Origin: Candidatus Hydrogenedentota bacterium
GTDB lineage: Bacteria > Hydrogenedentota > Hydrogenedentia > Hydrogenedentales > SLHB01
DNA: 64,000 nucleotides
Assembly (NCBI GenBank): GCA_963668025.2
Contig: CAXXTH010000019.1
Coordinates: 1-64,000 of the forward strand
Direction of reading: 5' to 3'
The notes under the pieces are model-generated. The model saw only the letters and a list, made by a program, of their open reading frames with translations, did no database searches and was not told where the DNA came from. Position numbers and translations under genes: made by a program. Shown here in pieces: positions 49,736 to 59,262 of the stretch. The first letter of the stretch is position 1. The number at the start of each line of letters is the position of its first letter.

Positions 49736-51637
49736 CTATTCATCTTTCATGTTGGGATTGATGCTGTTCCAGAACGTAGGCGGCGCCCCGGTATCAGGGA
49801 GATCATATTGGATGCCCAGCTCTTTCAAGAGCACCCCTTCCGCCAGCCGCAGATCCACGATTGCTTTCTCATATGAAATCGTGGACTGCAATTCCTGGGT
49901 TTGCGCGGCGGTGAGATCACTTTGGATGCGCAGCAGTTCGAAGCTGGTGGTGACCCCGAGGCGCAAGCGCTTTTCTTCCGCAGCCACATTGGTTTCCTGT
50001 AGCCGGCGCGCCTGTTTGTTGCTCTCAACCAATATCCGGCTGGTGCCCACGTTGCGCAAAGCCATGCGGACATTAAGCATGGCGTCTTGTTTGGCTTTTT
50101 CCAGGCGCGCCTGCATTTCACGCTTGTCGAAGACCGCCCGTTGATATTGCCCGCGCCCTGTTTTATTGCCCAGCGGCACGCTTCCTTGCAGGCCCACGGA
50201 ATATGAATTATCTTTCCGCTCGGTGATGCCGTCCCAGATTTTGCTTGCTTCCGCGCCGCGTCCGCCTTGGCCAAGCGTACCCGAGAGATCGACTTGCGGC
50301 AGCATCGCGTTTTTAGAGCGCTTGCGTTCGATTTCCGCGCTATCAATCGCCGTTTCCGCACTGCGGATATCCGGCCGGTTTTCGATGGCGAGAGCGACGC
50401 TTTTATCCTCATCCAGCTCGATATCGCTCAGGCTGGGGCGATCCACGGGATCGAGCATGTTCCGAGACAGCATCTCGCCATCACGCATGTTAATCACGTT
50501 TTTTAAACGATCCGCCGCGTCGCGGGCCTGTGAACGGGCCGAGATAAGGTCGCTCTGGCGCGTGGCCACCCCGGCCTTGGCCTGCACGACCTCGAGGGCG
50601 GCTCCGGTGCCGATCCTGTTGCGTTCCTCGTTGATTTGCAACAACCGCTCGGCATTATCAAGCGCTTCCTGCTGCACCTTGATATATTCAACGGACCCCA
50701 CGAGATCCCAATAGGCGCGCACCACTTCGGCAATGGTGTTCATGACTTGCAGTTCCACTTGATCATCCGCTTGCAGCCGGCTGTTTTTCGCCATACGGAT
50801 CTGGGCAAGGTTGTAATCTTTACCGTAACCGCGCAGGAGAGGCTGGGTGACTTTCAACGTTAAATCGCCATTCCAGTCCGGTTTGAAGCTGTTATACGTC
50901 GTTTTGTCCCGGCTCATATCAAGGGTGAGCGTATACTGTGTTCCCCATTTCAATTTTCCAGAAAGCGAGGCCTGCCCGCCATCGTGCTTGGATTTCACGG
51001 ATTCCAAACCGCCATACCGGATGATTTCCGCTGAGTTGGTCTGCTCCACCTCCGCATAGGTGTAATTCGATCCCAAAATAGGGTCAAACTCGCCTTGGGC
51101 CGCCAAGATGTCCATGTCGGATTTCATGGGAGTGAATTGGATAATCTGGATATCTTGATTGCGTTCAAGGGCCATCCGCACGCAGTCATCGAGTGATACG
51201 CGGACGGATTCCCGCTGGGATTCTTCTTGTACAGCTTTATTGAGCTGTTCCAGCTCGATGGTGTCCAGCTTCAAGCGCAATCTAGCGCCGCCGCTTTTTC
51301 CAGGAAGCGCGCCCCGGTTGGGATCGAGCTGTTCATCCACACTCAGCACGCCTTTGCCATTCGTAGGCGCTTCACCGGCGGGAGCGGGGCTTGCTGTATC
51401 GGATACGGGTTCCGGCGAAGACTCCGCCGAAGCCGCTTCCGCCTGGTCCGCTTGAGCGAGCCGCCGCAATTCCGCGCCTACATCGCCTATAGGCTCTACT
51501 TTGTTATTCTCAGAAGATTGAGCTTGCCAATCCGATGCGGAAAGAGGAGCCGTATCATCGGCGGCCAAAGCGATAGTTGCCATGGGAAACACGCAAACCA
51601 TGATCCATACGGCCAGTGCGAATCGCGCAGAATTCAT
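49736..51637 (-). CDS. TolC family outer membrane efflux protein
   Basis: AGGAGG RBS, signal peptide, QPLLRG, AYWDL, NRPDI, LPQVDL helical repeats. Confidence 0.88.
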   Translation of the reverse strand: MNSARFALAVWIMVCVFPMATIALAADDTAPLSASDWQAQSSENNKVEPIGDVGAELRRLAQADQAEAASAESSPEPVSDTASPAPAGEAPTNGKGVLSVDEQLDPNRGALPGKSGGARLRLKLDTIELEQLNKAVQEESQRESVRVSLDDCVRMALERNQDIQIIQFTPMKSDMDILAAQGEFDPILGSNYTYAEVEQTNSAEIIRYGGLESVKSKHDGGQASLSGKLKWGTQYTLTLDMSRDKTTYNSFKPDWNGDLTLKVTQPLLRGYGKDYNLAQIRMAKNSRLQADDQVELQVMNTIAEVVRAYWDLVGSVEYIKVQQEALDNAERLLQINEERNRIGTGAALEVVQAKAGVATRQSDLISARSQARDAADRLKNVINMRDGEMLSRNMLDPVDRPSLSDIELDEDKSVALAIENRPDIRSAETAIDSAEIERKRSKNAMLPQVDLSGTLGQGGRGAEASKIWDGITERKDNSYSVGLQGSVPLGNKTGRGQYQRAVFDKREMQARLEKAKQDAMLNVRMALRNVGTSRILVESNKQARRLQETNVAAEEKRLRLGVTTSFELLRIQSDLTAAQTQELQSTISYEKAIVDLRLAEGVLLKELGIQYDLPDTGAPPTFWNSINPNMKDE

Positions 51638-51883
51638 AGATGCCTCCTGATTGCCTTTCCGCCCATGGCGGAAAACGCACATAGCTTCCCCCGCCAGGCT
51701 GCCATCCTCTTGGACCGGTGTTGTTCTCCCCCGGTTTCACCGTGCAATCCCACGGCGTTACGCCAAGCGGCCTTGAACTGCTTGCAGTGTACTATGCGGT
51801 GGAACGGTTATCAAACACCACGCCTGACCGGCGCTGGCGCAAAAAAAAATCCACCTGATGTAAAGGTGTGAGATAGCAAACGG

Positions 51884-53227
51884 TTAGCGCTGGTTTTCCC
51901 CAGCGTCGTGGGGGGCGTCCATCAAGCCAAAGAGCATTTCCGCCTCGGCGGCGACATTCCCGTCGATGAGCGCCCGGGCTTTCACTTTGCAGGCGTTGCG
52001 GCGCATCTGAAGCATCTCCGCTTCCACCACGAGTTGATCACCCGGGATGACGGTGCGGCGGAACCGGGCGTGATCAATGCCTAGAAAAAAGGCGATCTTG
52101 CCTGGATAGCCAATGGGGTCGCCGCCAAACACCAGTACGGAGGAAACCTGGGCCATCACCTCGACAATCAACACGCCCGGCATGACCGGCATGCTGGGCC
52201 AATGCCCCTGGAAGAACGGCTCATTCACCGTGACGTTCTTGATCCCTACCGCCCTTTTCAATGGTTCATACGAAAGAATGCGGTCCACCAGCAAAAACGG
52301 GTAGCGATGGGGCAGCACGCGCATGATCATATTGACATCAAGGGCAGGCTCGGTAGGCGTTTTTTGAGTCAAAGCATTTTTTTCTCCCTTGCGCGCCATC
52401 AAGGACTGCTTGATCTGCTGGGAGAATTTCACATGCATGGCATGCCCGGACTTGACGCCTATCACGTGGCCTTTGACTGGGCGGCCAAGGAGGTACATAT
52501 CGCCTAATAAGTCTAATATTTTATGGCGGACAAACTCGTCCGGAAATCGAAGGTCGTCATTGAGAATAGCGTCATCGCCGATCACGACCGCGTTCTCGAG
52601 GCTGCCGCCCCGAATCAACCCTTTATCTTGCAACATCTTAACCTCCCGCAGAAAACAAAAGGTCCTCGCGGGAGCGATGTCTTTCTCGAACGTTTCGGGG
52701 GTGATGACAAAGGAGGCGTATTGCGTGCCCACGGCCACGTGGTCATAGGCTATCGTCATGGTCATGCGCAGGTCGTCCGAGGGGAGCACGCTGAGCGTAA
52801 CATCATCGCTCTTGTAATAAACCGGCTGGGTGATCTTGATATACTGGCGCTCCGCGTCCTGCTCGACCAAACCCGCGCCTTTAAGCGTCTGCATGAATTG
52901 GAGGGAGCTTCCATCGCCCACCGGGGTCTCATTGGCGTCGACTTCGATATCGATGTTGTCAATGCCCAGCCCGGCGATGGCCGCCAGCACATGCTCGACG
53001 GTATGCACCTTGACGCCATTTATGCCGATAGTGGTTCCTCTGGAGACATCCACCACGTGATCAATATCCGCCTTTACCGCAGGACGTTCAGGCAAATCGA
53101 CACGGTAAAAGGTGACCCCACTATTGGGTTCGGCGGGTTTGAAGGTAAGGGTGGTGAGATTCCCGGTATGGAGGCCAATGCCCGAGAAAGCCGCCTCCTT
53201 AGCTATCGTTTTCTGACGTTCTTTCAT
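51884..53227 (-). CDS. lpxC-fabZ: Bifunctional LpxC / FabZ
   Basis: GIGLHTG, TVEHVLAA, HKILDLLGD (LpxC); LPHRYPFLLVDRI, FFQGHWP..PVMPGVL (FabZ). Confidence 0.96.
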   Translation of the reverse strand: MKERQKTIAKEAAFSGIGLHTGNLTTLTFKPAEPNSGVTFYRVDLPERPAVKADIDHVVDVSRGTTIGINGVKVHTVEHVLAAIAGLGIDNIDIEVDANETPVGDGSSLQFMQTLKGAGLVEQDAERQYIKITQPVYYKSDDVTLSVLPSDDLRMTMTIAYDHVAVGTQYASFVITPETFEKDIAPARTFCFLREVKMLQDKGLIRGGSLENAVVIGDDAILNDDLRFPDEFVRHKILDLLGDMYLLGRPVKGHVIGVKSGHAMHVKFSQQIKQSLMARKGEKNALTQKTPTEPALDVNMIMRVLPHRYPFLLVDRILSYEPLKRAVGIKNVTVNEPFFQGHWPSMPVMPGVLIVEVMAQVSSVLVFGGDPIGYPGKIAFFLGIDHARFRRTVIPGDQLVVEAEMLQMRRNACKVKARALIDGNVAAEAEMLFGLMDAPHDAGENQR

Positions 53228-54257
53228 TCAGCCGCTTTTCCAATTCCTCTATCCGGCGTTCCATTTTACGAAGAGTGCGCAATGCATCCGGCAACCGGTG
53301 CAAACTGGCCTTCTGGCGTTTTTCCACTTCGTGGTCCACTGCGGGAAATCCCGATACAACCCGGTGCGGCGGGACTGACTTCGTCACGGCACCCAAGGCA
53401 GCCACGACCACATGGTCGCCTACTTCGAGATGGCCCCCCACGCCGCTGCCTGCGGCCAGAGTCACATGATTGCCGATCACGGCGCTTCCCGCGACTCCGA
53501 CATTGCCGCACACAATACAGTGCTCACCAATCTCGGTATTGTGTCCAATTTGCACGAGATTGTCAATCTTGGTGCCGCTTCGCACGATGGTCTTGCCAAA
53601 TGTGGCGCGATCAATCGCGGTATTCGCCCCTATTTCCACATCGTCGCCGATTTCGACAATGCCCGTTTGGGGGATTTTCTGATGGGCTCCATTCATTGGC
53701 ATGAACCCAAAACCATCGCTGCCAATGACCGCGCCGCAGTGGATAATGCAACGCGCGCCAATCCAGCAGCCTTCACGGATGCTGGCGTTCGGATAAATAA
53801 TCGTGTCTTCGCCGACGACGCATCCCGGGCCAATATAGACATTGGGGTAAAGAATGGCCCGGCTGCCAATCACCGCGCCTTCTCCGACATACGCGTGCGC
53901 GCCCACGGCGGCGTCCGCGCCCAATTGCGCGCCGCTTTCTACAACAGCCGCCGGATGGATGCCCTTGGGATGCCGTATTTCGGACGGTTGGTAACGCTGG
54001 AGTACTTTTGCGAATGCGATGTAGGGATTAGCGACCTGGATGATCGTTTTCGAGCCGCTTGAAGAGACTTCGCTTCCGACCAATACCGCGGCGGCCGGGC
54101 ATTGCTCGGCCAGCCGCAAATATCGAAACTCACTCACAAAGGTCAGATCCCCCGGAACGGCCTGGCGTATGCTGCTCAGACCCGTTACCGGAATGCATCC
54201 GTCTCCAACGATTCGCCCCCCAATAAAATCCGCTATCTCTGCTACCGATACGTTCAT
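53199..54257 (-). CDS. lpxD: UDP-3-O-acylglucosamine N-acyltransferase
   Basis: Hexapeptide repeats, IGSDGFGF, KIPQ.G.V, IDRAT, KIDNLVQIGHN. Confidence 0.96.
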   Translation of the reverse strand: MNVSVAEIADFIGGRIVGDGCIPVTGLSSIRQAVPGDLTFVSEFRYLRLAEQCPAAAVLVGSEVSSSGSKTIIQVANPYIAFAKVLQRYQPSEIRHPKGIHPAAVVESGAQLGADAAVGAHAYVGEGAVIGSRAILYPNVYIGPGCVVGEDTIIYPNASIREGCWIGARCIIHCGAVIGSDGFGFMPMNGAHQKIPQTGIVEIGDDVEIGANTAIDRATFGKTIVRSGTKIDNLVQIGHNTEIGEHCIVCGNVGVAGSAVIGNHVTLAAGSGVGGHLEVGDHVVVAALGAVTKSVPPHRVVSGFPAVDHEVEKRQKASLHRLPDALRTLRKMERRIEELEKRLNERTSENDS

Positions 54258-54311
54258 GCTCGTGTCCCGGCGCACTTTAGGGGTTGCCGCAATGATTTGG
54301 AAGCGAAGACC

Positions 54312-54881
54312 CTACTTCGCCGTATTCATGCGGTCCACAACCTTCGATGTCATGTCGATATTTCCGGCATAATATAAGACACCGGAAGAGCTCTGCGGAT
54401 CCCCTTCAAGAATCATATCGTAGTTCTCCGTACGACCGATTTCTTGAATGACCGCGTCGATCTCGTCTTTCGCGTTTTTCACTAAAATGCCGAATTTGCT
54501 GTCCATTTCGGCCTGCATCCGCTCAAAATCCGAGCGCCACTTAATCGCTTTACCATTGATATCCTGTTCTTTTAGAGCCTTATCCGCATCCGACAACGAA
54601 GCCTCATTCGCCTTATATTGATCGCGAAGGGTTTTCACCTCATTTTCCAGGGCGTCTAACGCCGCTTGGTTTGTTTTGAGGTCGGCTTCGAGTTTTTTCG
54701 TCTCCGCCTGGAATTTGGTATAGCTTTCCATGACTTTCTTGCGGTCTACGATGCCGATTTTTTTCGCGCCATCCGCGCTCGGTGAACCACTATTTTGTGC
54801 GGATACAAGCGCGGGAAGCGCCACGACACTCACGGCCGCCAGCAATAAGATACCTACGCTCAACTTTACACGATTATTCAC
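54312..54881 (-). CDS. skp: OmpH/Skp periplasmic chaperone
   Basis: Signal peptide, KIGIVD, coiled coil, IDMT..V; upstream of lpxD. Confidence 0.88.
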   Translation of the reverse strand: MNNRVKLSVGILLLAAVSVVALPALVSAQNSGSPSADGAKKIGIVDRKKVMESYTKFQAETKKLEADLKTNQAALDALENEVKTLRDQYKANEASLSDADKALKEQDINGKAIKWRSDFERMQAEMDSKFGILVKNAKDEIDAVIQEIGRTENYDMILEGDPQSSSGVLYYAGNIDMTSKVVDRMNTAK

Positions 54882-55162
54882 GGTATGGCTCCCACTCATA
54901 AGGGTTTGCAGCGCTCTCCAAAAACCACCGGCCAAGTGGCGCGGAAAGCCGCATATACAGTATTTCCTCTTCCTGCACGACCTGCAGCTAGATGGGCAAA
55001 AAGTATATCATTCCCGTATGCCTGGTGCAACAAACAGTTTCTTCCCTAAATCGCCGGATAAGGCTGTTGTATCTTACTTGATATCGTTGCAACCCGATAT
55101 AGGCGATCCTGTTAGCGCGCGGAGGACGCGGAGTTTCGCGGAGCAAAGGTCTCCAGAAAATT

Positions 55163-55231
55163 GGCCACAAGAGGCACAAAAGACGCAGGAAAATGAATTT
55201 TTTCCTTGCGTCTTTTGTGCCTCTTGTGGCT
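55163..55231. repeat. Palindromic intergenic repeat (family C)
   Basis: GGCCACAAGAGGCACAAAAGACGCA...TGCGTCTTTTGTGCCTCTTGTGGCT long inverted repeat. Confidence 0.8.
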
Positions 55232-55260
55232 ATTTTTTGCTCCGCGTTTAGGAAGCCGCT

Positions 55261-58200
55261 CTATTCGTTCATATACACATGCACCACGGCTTCCTCATCT
55301 CCCGGCCGCATGCTTTCCTGGAACGGGAACACGTAGGGGGCCGTATCCCCCGGCTGGCCGTTCACGGCGATGCGTTGTATGCTCGAGCCGCTGCCGTGAA
55401 AACGGAGCGTGAAATGCCGCCCTTGGTAATGGAGATTTTCGATGGTGGCGCCGGCGTACTCGAGTGGGATATGAGGCTCCAAATACAGGCCTCGATAGTC
55501 GCATTGCACGCCGAAGATGCCCGACAGCACGCCTAATCCATATATCAACCCGTCTTCGCTGAGCGATTGATCGCTGCCGCAGGGCAGGTCGAGGGGGGAC
55601 ATTTGGCTAGTTCCCTGGAACATGGGCAATGGGCGCGATTCGGGCACGCCGTGTCCCACATCGAGATCGCCCCGGCCATAACGCGCTAGAAATTGGCCAA
55701 GCTTTTTCCAGGCGCTTTCCGGTTCAGCCGAGTGGGCCCGGTTGTACAGATCATAGCCCGCCACCCAGTATTGGATCTGGCCGTTCTCCATGCCCGGTGG
55801 AATGCAGAAAGGATTGAAGGGGCCTGCATAATACCGTTTCGGACCTTTGCCGTCCCGATAGACGCGCGTCGAGTTCCCGTCGAGGGTGTTGAAGGTGATG
55901 ATCCCCGTTTCTTCGCTGGAAATGTGGTCGCGCCAGGCGTAGGCATGGGGATCGTGATTGATCCATTCGTACACCTTTTGCGTATGCTCTTTCGGTAGCA
56001 GATTCAAGGCGATGGCCATGAGGTTGATGTCGGTGAATCCGGCATCCACCACCGCGCCATCCTGGGCGATCCAGGAAATCAGCCGCCCACCGGGTATGGG
56101 CGCGCCTTGATTGTCTTGCAGATCGCCTTCGCGCCAATAGGTTTCGAGCAGCGCTTGTTTCAGTGTTTCCGCTTGGGCGGCATAATTGTCCACCTGTTCT
56201 TTGCGGTCCATCGCCCGCTCGATGCGTGACAGGGCCTCCGCCGCGCCTGCGGCGTACATCTGGATGAATGCGGACTTATGTCCGATCTGCCAGCCGTCCC
56301 AATAGCTGCTCGAACAGTTCTGGTCGATGCCGTTGTATTTTTCGGGCAGGACAATGACGCCGGAGTTATCGCACATGGTGAGATAGAACTGAATTGCCCG
56401 CTCCATATTCTTGATTTGTTCCTCGATGAATGGGCGGTCGCCGGTCACGAGATAATACTGTTCCGCCGCCAAGATGATCTGGGCGTTGGTCTCGAAGATA
56501 TAGCCGCCATTCCAGCCGAAGCGCCCCGGCGTGGAGGAAAGGCCGCCATAGGGCACTTTCCATCCGAAGCCGTTGTCCTGCTCTCCGTTCGAGTAGGATT
56601 CAAGCTTGGTTTTGAAGTGCTCCCGCGTGTCGGCCCATTTGACTTTCCCGTTGAAGCGCGAAATGAGGGATTGCCACCAGGCCGTGATGTTATAGCCGAA
56701 GACCTGCGGGCCGCTGAAACAATGTTGCATCCAGAAATGCTGCAAAACACGTTCCTGTTCCGGCGCGTGAGGCAGGCGGATGCGGATGAAGCCTGAGGCG
56801 GGCGGAGGAACATCCGCGGCTTTCAAGAATCGCACCTCTGCCGCTAAGGTCTTCGTTTCCCCCGGTTTCAATTCGTCGCCGATGGTGTTGTGGTGTTCCC
56901 AAAAGGTCCGCGTGGCCGTCATGCCCACCTTCTGGATCCCCTGGGGATGATCGAAAAGGCGGTTGGGCTGGTTGACGGCCTTGGAATCCGTATTGGTCTC
57001 TGGCAGGAAGTGGAAATCAAGGGCGAAGTGTTTACCCGAGTCTTGCGCTGGAAACGCCAGGATATCGTAATCGGTGAGTGCGGGCCGCATGGGCTGGAGG
57101 TCCATGAAGCCCATGCGGTAGCCGTCCCATCGCGTGGCGTCATGGTCCCAATCGTCGCGCCGGAACCAGCGAAAGGTGTCCTCGGGAAAATCGAAATGCC
57201 AGCCCAAATATGGCGGGCGGCACGGCTGGAGCGCTGTGTAGACACTCGTTAGCCTCAATGTGTCCGGGGCCGCCAACTCGATGGTCCAATTGCAATCGAA
57301 GAAGGCTTCCTGCGTTTCCGGGTCGCGCAGGAGGACGTGCCGGACCTCCATGCGTGTATCGCTGGGGCGCTCGATTTCGGCCTCCGATGGGTCGGCGGCC
57401 AGGTAGCGGTCATCTGTATCTTCCCAATCCAACGAGCGGGGCCATTGCGAACCACCGGTGAAATAGATCCGCCGCTGAGGGCCGTCGAGGAGGTCTTCTC
57501 CGAATTGGCGCTGGGCGGCGGCATCCCAATGCAGGCTCGTGATGGCGGCTGTGGCGGGATCATAATCGAGCCTAAGCCCCTGGTTTTCCAGCGAAACGGC
57601 GGGGATAGAAGAAGGAACGGAAGGCTGTGGCGTTTCCGTTCCCGCCAGTTTTTTGGAAGTGATCTCTATTCTTTCTTCGTACAGCGAGGCGGCGATTGTG
57701 GGCGGCGCTGCAAGATATTGATAAAACGCCTCCACCTGTGTTGCTGCAGTTTCCCGGCAGGAACGGCCTGCGATGTAGTAAGCCGCGAGCGTGCCGTGCT
57801 TAAAAGGCTCGACGGTTTCGACCCACGCGGGCGACATGGGATGCTGGCCATCGACGCGGAAGCTGGGGTCATGGAACGGCCCTTTCAGTGTGGCGGGGTC
57901 GAGGATGGCGGCCAGCCAGAAGCCGTCTTTATCCCAATAGACCAGGCCGTAATGGGTCTTCATGACCGGCCAAGGCCCCTTTTCCCGCCATGCGCCGCCG
58001 TAATAGCAGGCGGATGGCGGCTCGGTGTTGTGGGTGGGGAAGGATGAGCTCGAGCCGCCCAGCCAATAGCCTTCGCCGCCCCATGGATACGGTTTTTCGC
58101 CGCTGGCGAAGTATTCGCGCGTGACCCGCACGCCGGGGAATCCCTTCCAAAACTCGTAGGCGGTGCGGATTTTCGCTTCCGGCCGTTCGACGCTCCGGGC

Positions 58201-58821
58201 CACAAGGGAAACAAGCTGGGCCTGGCCGTTGTTGAAGGCCGATTCCATGCCATAAGTGGGGTCCGCCTCGAAGTCCGGGGTGGCCATCCGTCGCAGCGTC
58301 CCGTCCACGGGTATGTCAGCCGCGCACCACCAGCCATAGACGTATTCCTTGCGGCCCTGTATGTTGAAACCGGTGTCATGCAACAGGGTTACGTAGCTGG
58401 GGTATTCCTTGAGGATGAATGCATCCGTTTCCGGGTTCTTGACGCGTACGAGAAAGCGGTTGTAGTCCGTATTCAATGAAGGGTCCGTGGCAGCGTCAAT
58501 AGGGGCCTGGCTGTTAATGACTACATGCAGCATGTTCCTGCACGCTTCGGGGATCTCGTCCCAGGGCCATGTGAGGATATCAGCGGAAGCGTCCGCACTG
58601 GGAATCGTATAGCGGGCAGCGGGGACGGCGATGTATGCGCCCGTGGAATCTTGATAAGCCAGCATTGTAGCGCCGTCAGGGCATTCGGGCGGGATGGCCC
58701 AGCGTCCAAGCGCCCCGGAAGGCGGCGGGGCGTGGAACTGGATGGCGAGTTGATACGTTTCCGTGTATGCGCCGTACGTTGCTCCCGCCAAGGCGGCCAA
58801 CAAAACGATATTGCGTATCAT
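55261..58821 (-). CDS. Large secreted multidomain glycoside hydrolase-like protein (C-terminal six-hairpin barrel)
   Basis: AAGGAG RBS, signal peptide; YYLVTGD..F, SSYWD, GIFG....GL...PH.P...L.YQGR pattern of GH78/GH116/GH65-like barrels; family uncertain. Confidence 0.7.
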   Translation of the reverse strand: MIRNIVLLAALAGATYGAYTETYQLAIQFHAPPPSGALGRWAIPPECPDGATMLAYQDSTGAYIAVPAARYTIPSADASADILTWPWDEIPEACRNMLHVVINSQAPIDAATDPSLNTDYNRFLVRVKNPETDAFILKEYPSYVTLLHDTGFNIQGRKEYVYGWWCAADIPVDGTLRRMATPDFEADPTYGMESAFNNGQAQLVSLVARSVERPEAKIRTAYEFWKGFPGVRVTREYFASGEKPYPWGGEGYWLGGSSSSFPTHNTEPPSACYYGGAWREKGPWPVMKTHYGLVYWDKDGFWLAAILDPATLKGPFHDPSFRVDGQHPMSPAWVETVEPFKHGTLAAYYIAGRSCRETAATQVEAFYQYLAAPPTIAASLYEERIEITSKKLAGTETPQPSVPSSIPAVSLENQGLRLDYDPATAAITSLHWDAAAQRQFGEDLLDGPQRRIYFTGGSQWPRSLDWEDTDDRYLAADPSEAEIERPSDTRMEVRHVLLRDPETQEAFFDCNWTIELAAPDTLRLTSVYTALQPCRPPYLGWHFDFPEDTFRWFRRDDWDHDATRWDGYRMGFMDLQPMRPALTDYDILAFPAQDSGKHFALDFHFLPETNTDSKAVNQPNRLFDHPQGIQKVGMTATRTFWEHHNTIGDELKPGETKTLAAEVRFLKAADVPPPASGFIRIRLPHAPEQERVLQHFWMQHCFSGPQVFGYNITAWWQSLISRFNGKVKWADTREHFKTKLESYSNGEQDNGFGWKVPYGGLSSTPGRFGWNGGYIFETNAQIILAAEQYYLVTGDRPFIEEQIKNMERAIQFYLTMCDNSGVIVLPEKYNGIDQNCSSSYWDGWQIGHKSAFIQMYAAGAAEALSRIERAMDRKEQVDNYAAQAETLKQALLETYWREGDLQDNQGAPIPGGRLISWIAQDGAVVDAGFTDINLMAIALNLLPKEHTQKVYEWINHDPHAYAWRDHISSEETGIITFNTLDGNSTRVYRDGKGPKRYYAGPFNPFCIPPGMENGQIQYWVAGYDLYNRAHSAEPESAWKKLGQFLARYGRGDLDVGHGVPESRPLPMFQGTSQMSPLDLPCGSDQSLSEDGLIYGLGVLSGIFGVQCDYRGLYLEPHIPLEYAGATIENLHYQGRHFTLRFHGSGSSIQRIAVNGQPGDTAPYVFPFQESMRPGDEEAVVHVYMNE

Positions 58822-58912
58822 ACAAAACTCCTTCCCTCGTTTCAGGCGGCCATGATTCCACATAAAGCAATATATAACAAGTAGTTACGACACAAATTTT
58901 CACGAACTTCAT

Positions 58913-59064
58913 GTAGGGTGGGGCTTGCCCCACCGTTCAGATAAACGTCAATGCCGCAAAGCATGCCCAGCCATATCATAAAGCCACCTTTCTCGCCACC
59001 CCCTTTCGCGGGAATGACAATGTGATGGTTGAAAACAAAATTGGTGGGGCAAGCCCCACCCTAC
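58913..59064. repeat. REP-like doublet (family A), 108-bp spacer
   Basis: Perfect 22-bp IR GTAGGGTGGGGCTTGCCCCACC (58913-58934 / 59043-59064). Confidence 0.88.
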
Positions 59065-59157
59065 ACGAATCCCGTGCGTTTTAGGGTCTGGTTCCCCTGT
59101 AAAAATTGAGCAATTTGATAAGTATAGAGATAGCGTTAATCGAGCTAAAAAATCTTG

Positions 59158-59243
59158 TTGACAGTATAGGTGGAACGTGGTAGATTATCAAGTAACGCGC
59201 GTACAGTAAGCGCGTAGCGCAAGCGCGTACTGCATGCGCTTCA
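59158..59243 (+). promoter_or_regulatory. Sigma70 promoter followed by four tandem LacI-operator-like boxes
   Basis: TTGACA-N17-TAGATT; then TAACGCGCGTAC, GTAAGCGCGTAG, GCAAGCGCGTAC, GCATGCGCTTCA at a 13-bp period. Confidence 0.7.
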
Positions 59244-59262
59244 TAACGTGAGGCTGCGAAAG

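Noticed and set aside
51640-51880. Possible structured leader RNA upstream of tolC
   Set aside because: Only short hairpins, with no recognisable family motif.
59193-59243. Tandem repeats as a mini-CRISPR
   Set aside because: 13-bp period with no spacers and no cas genes; no CRISPR array was seen anywhere in the window.
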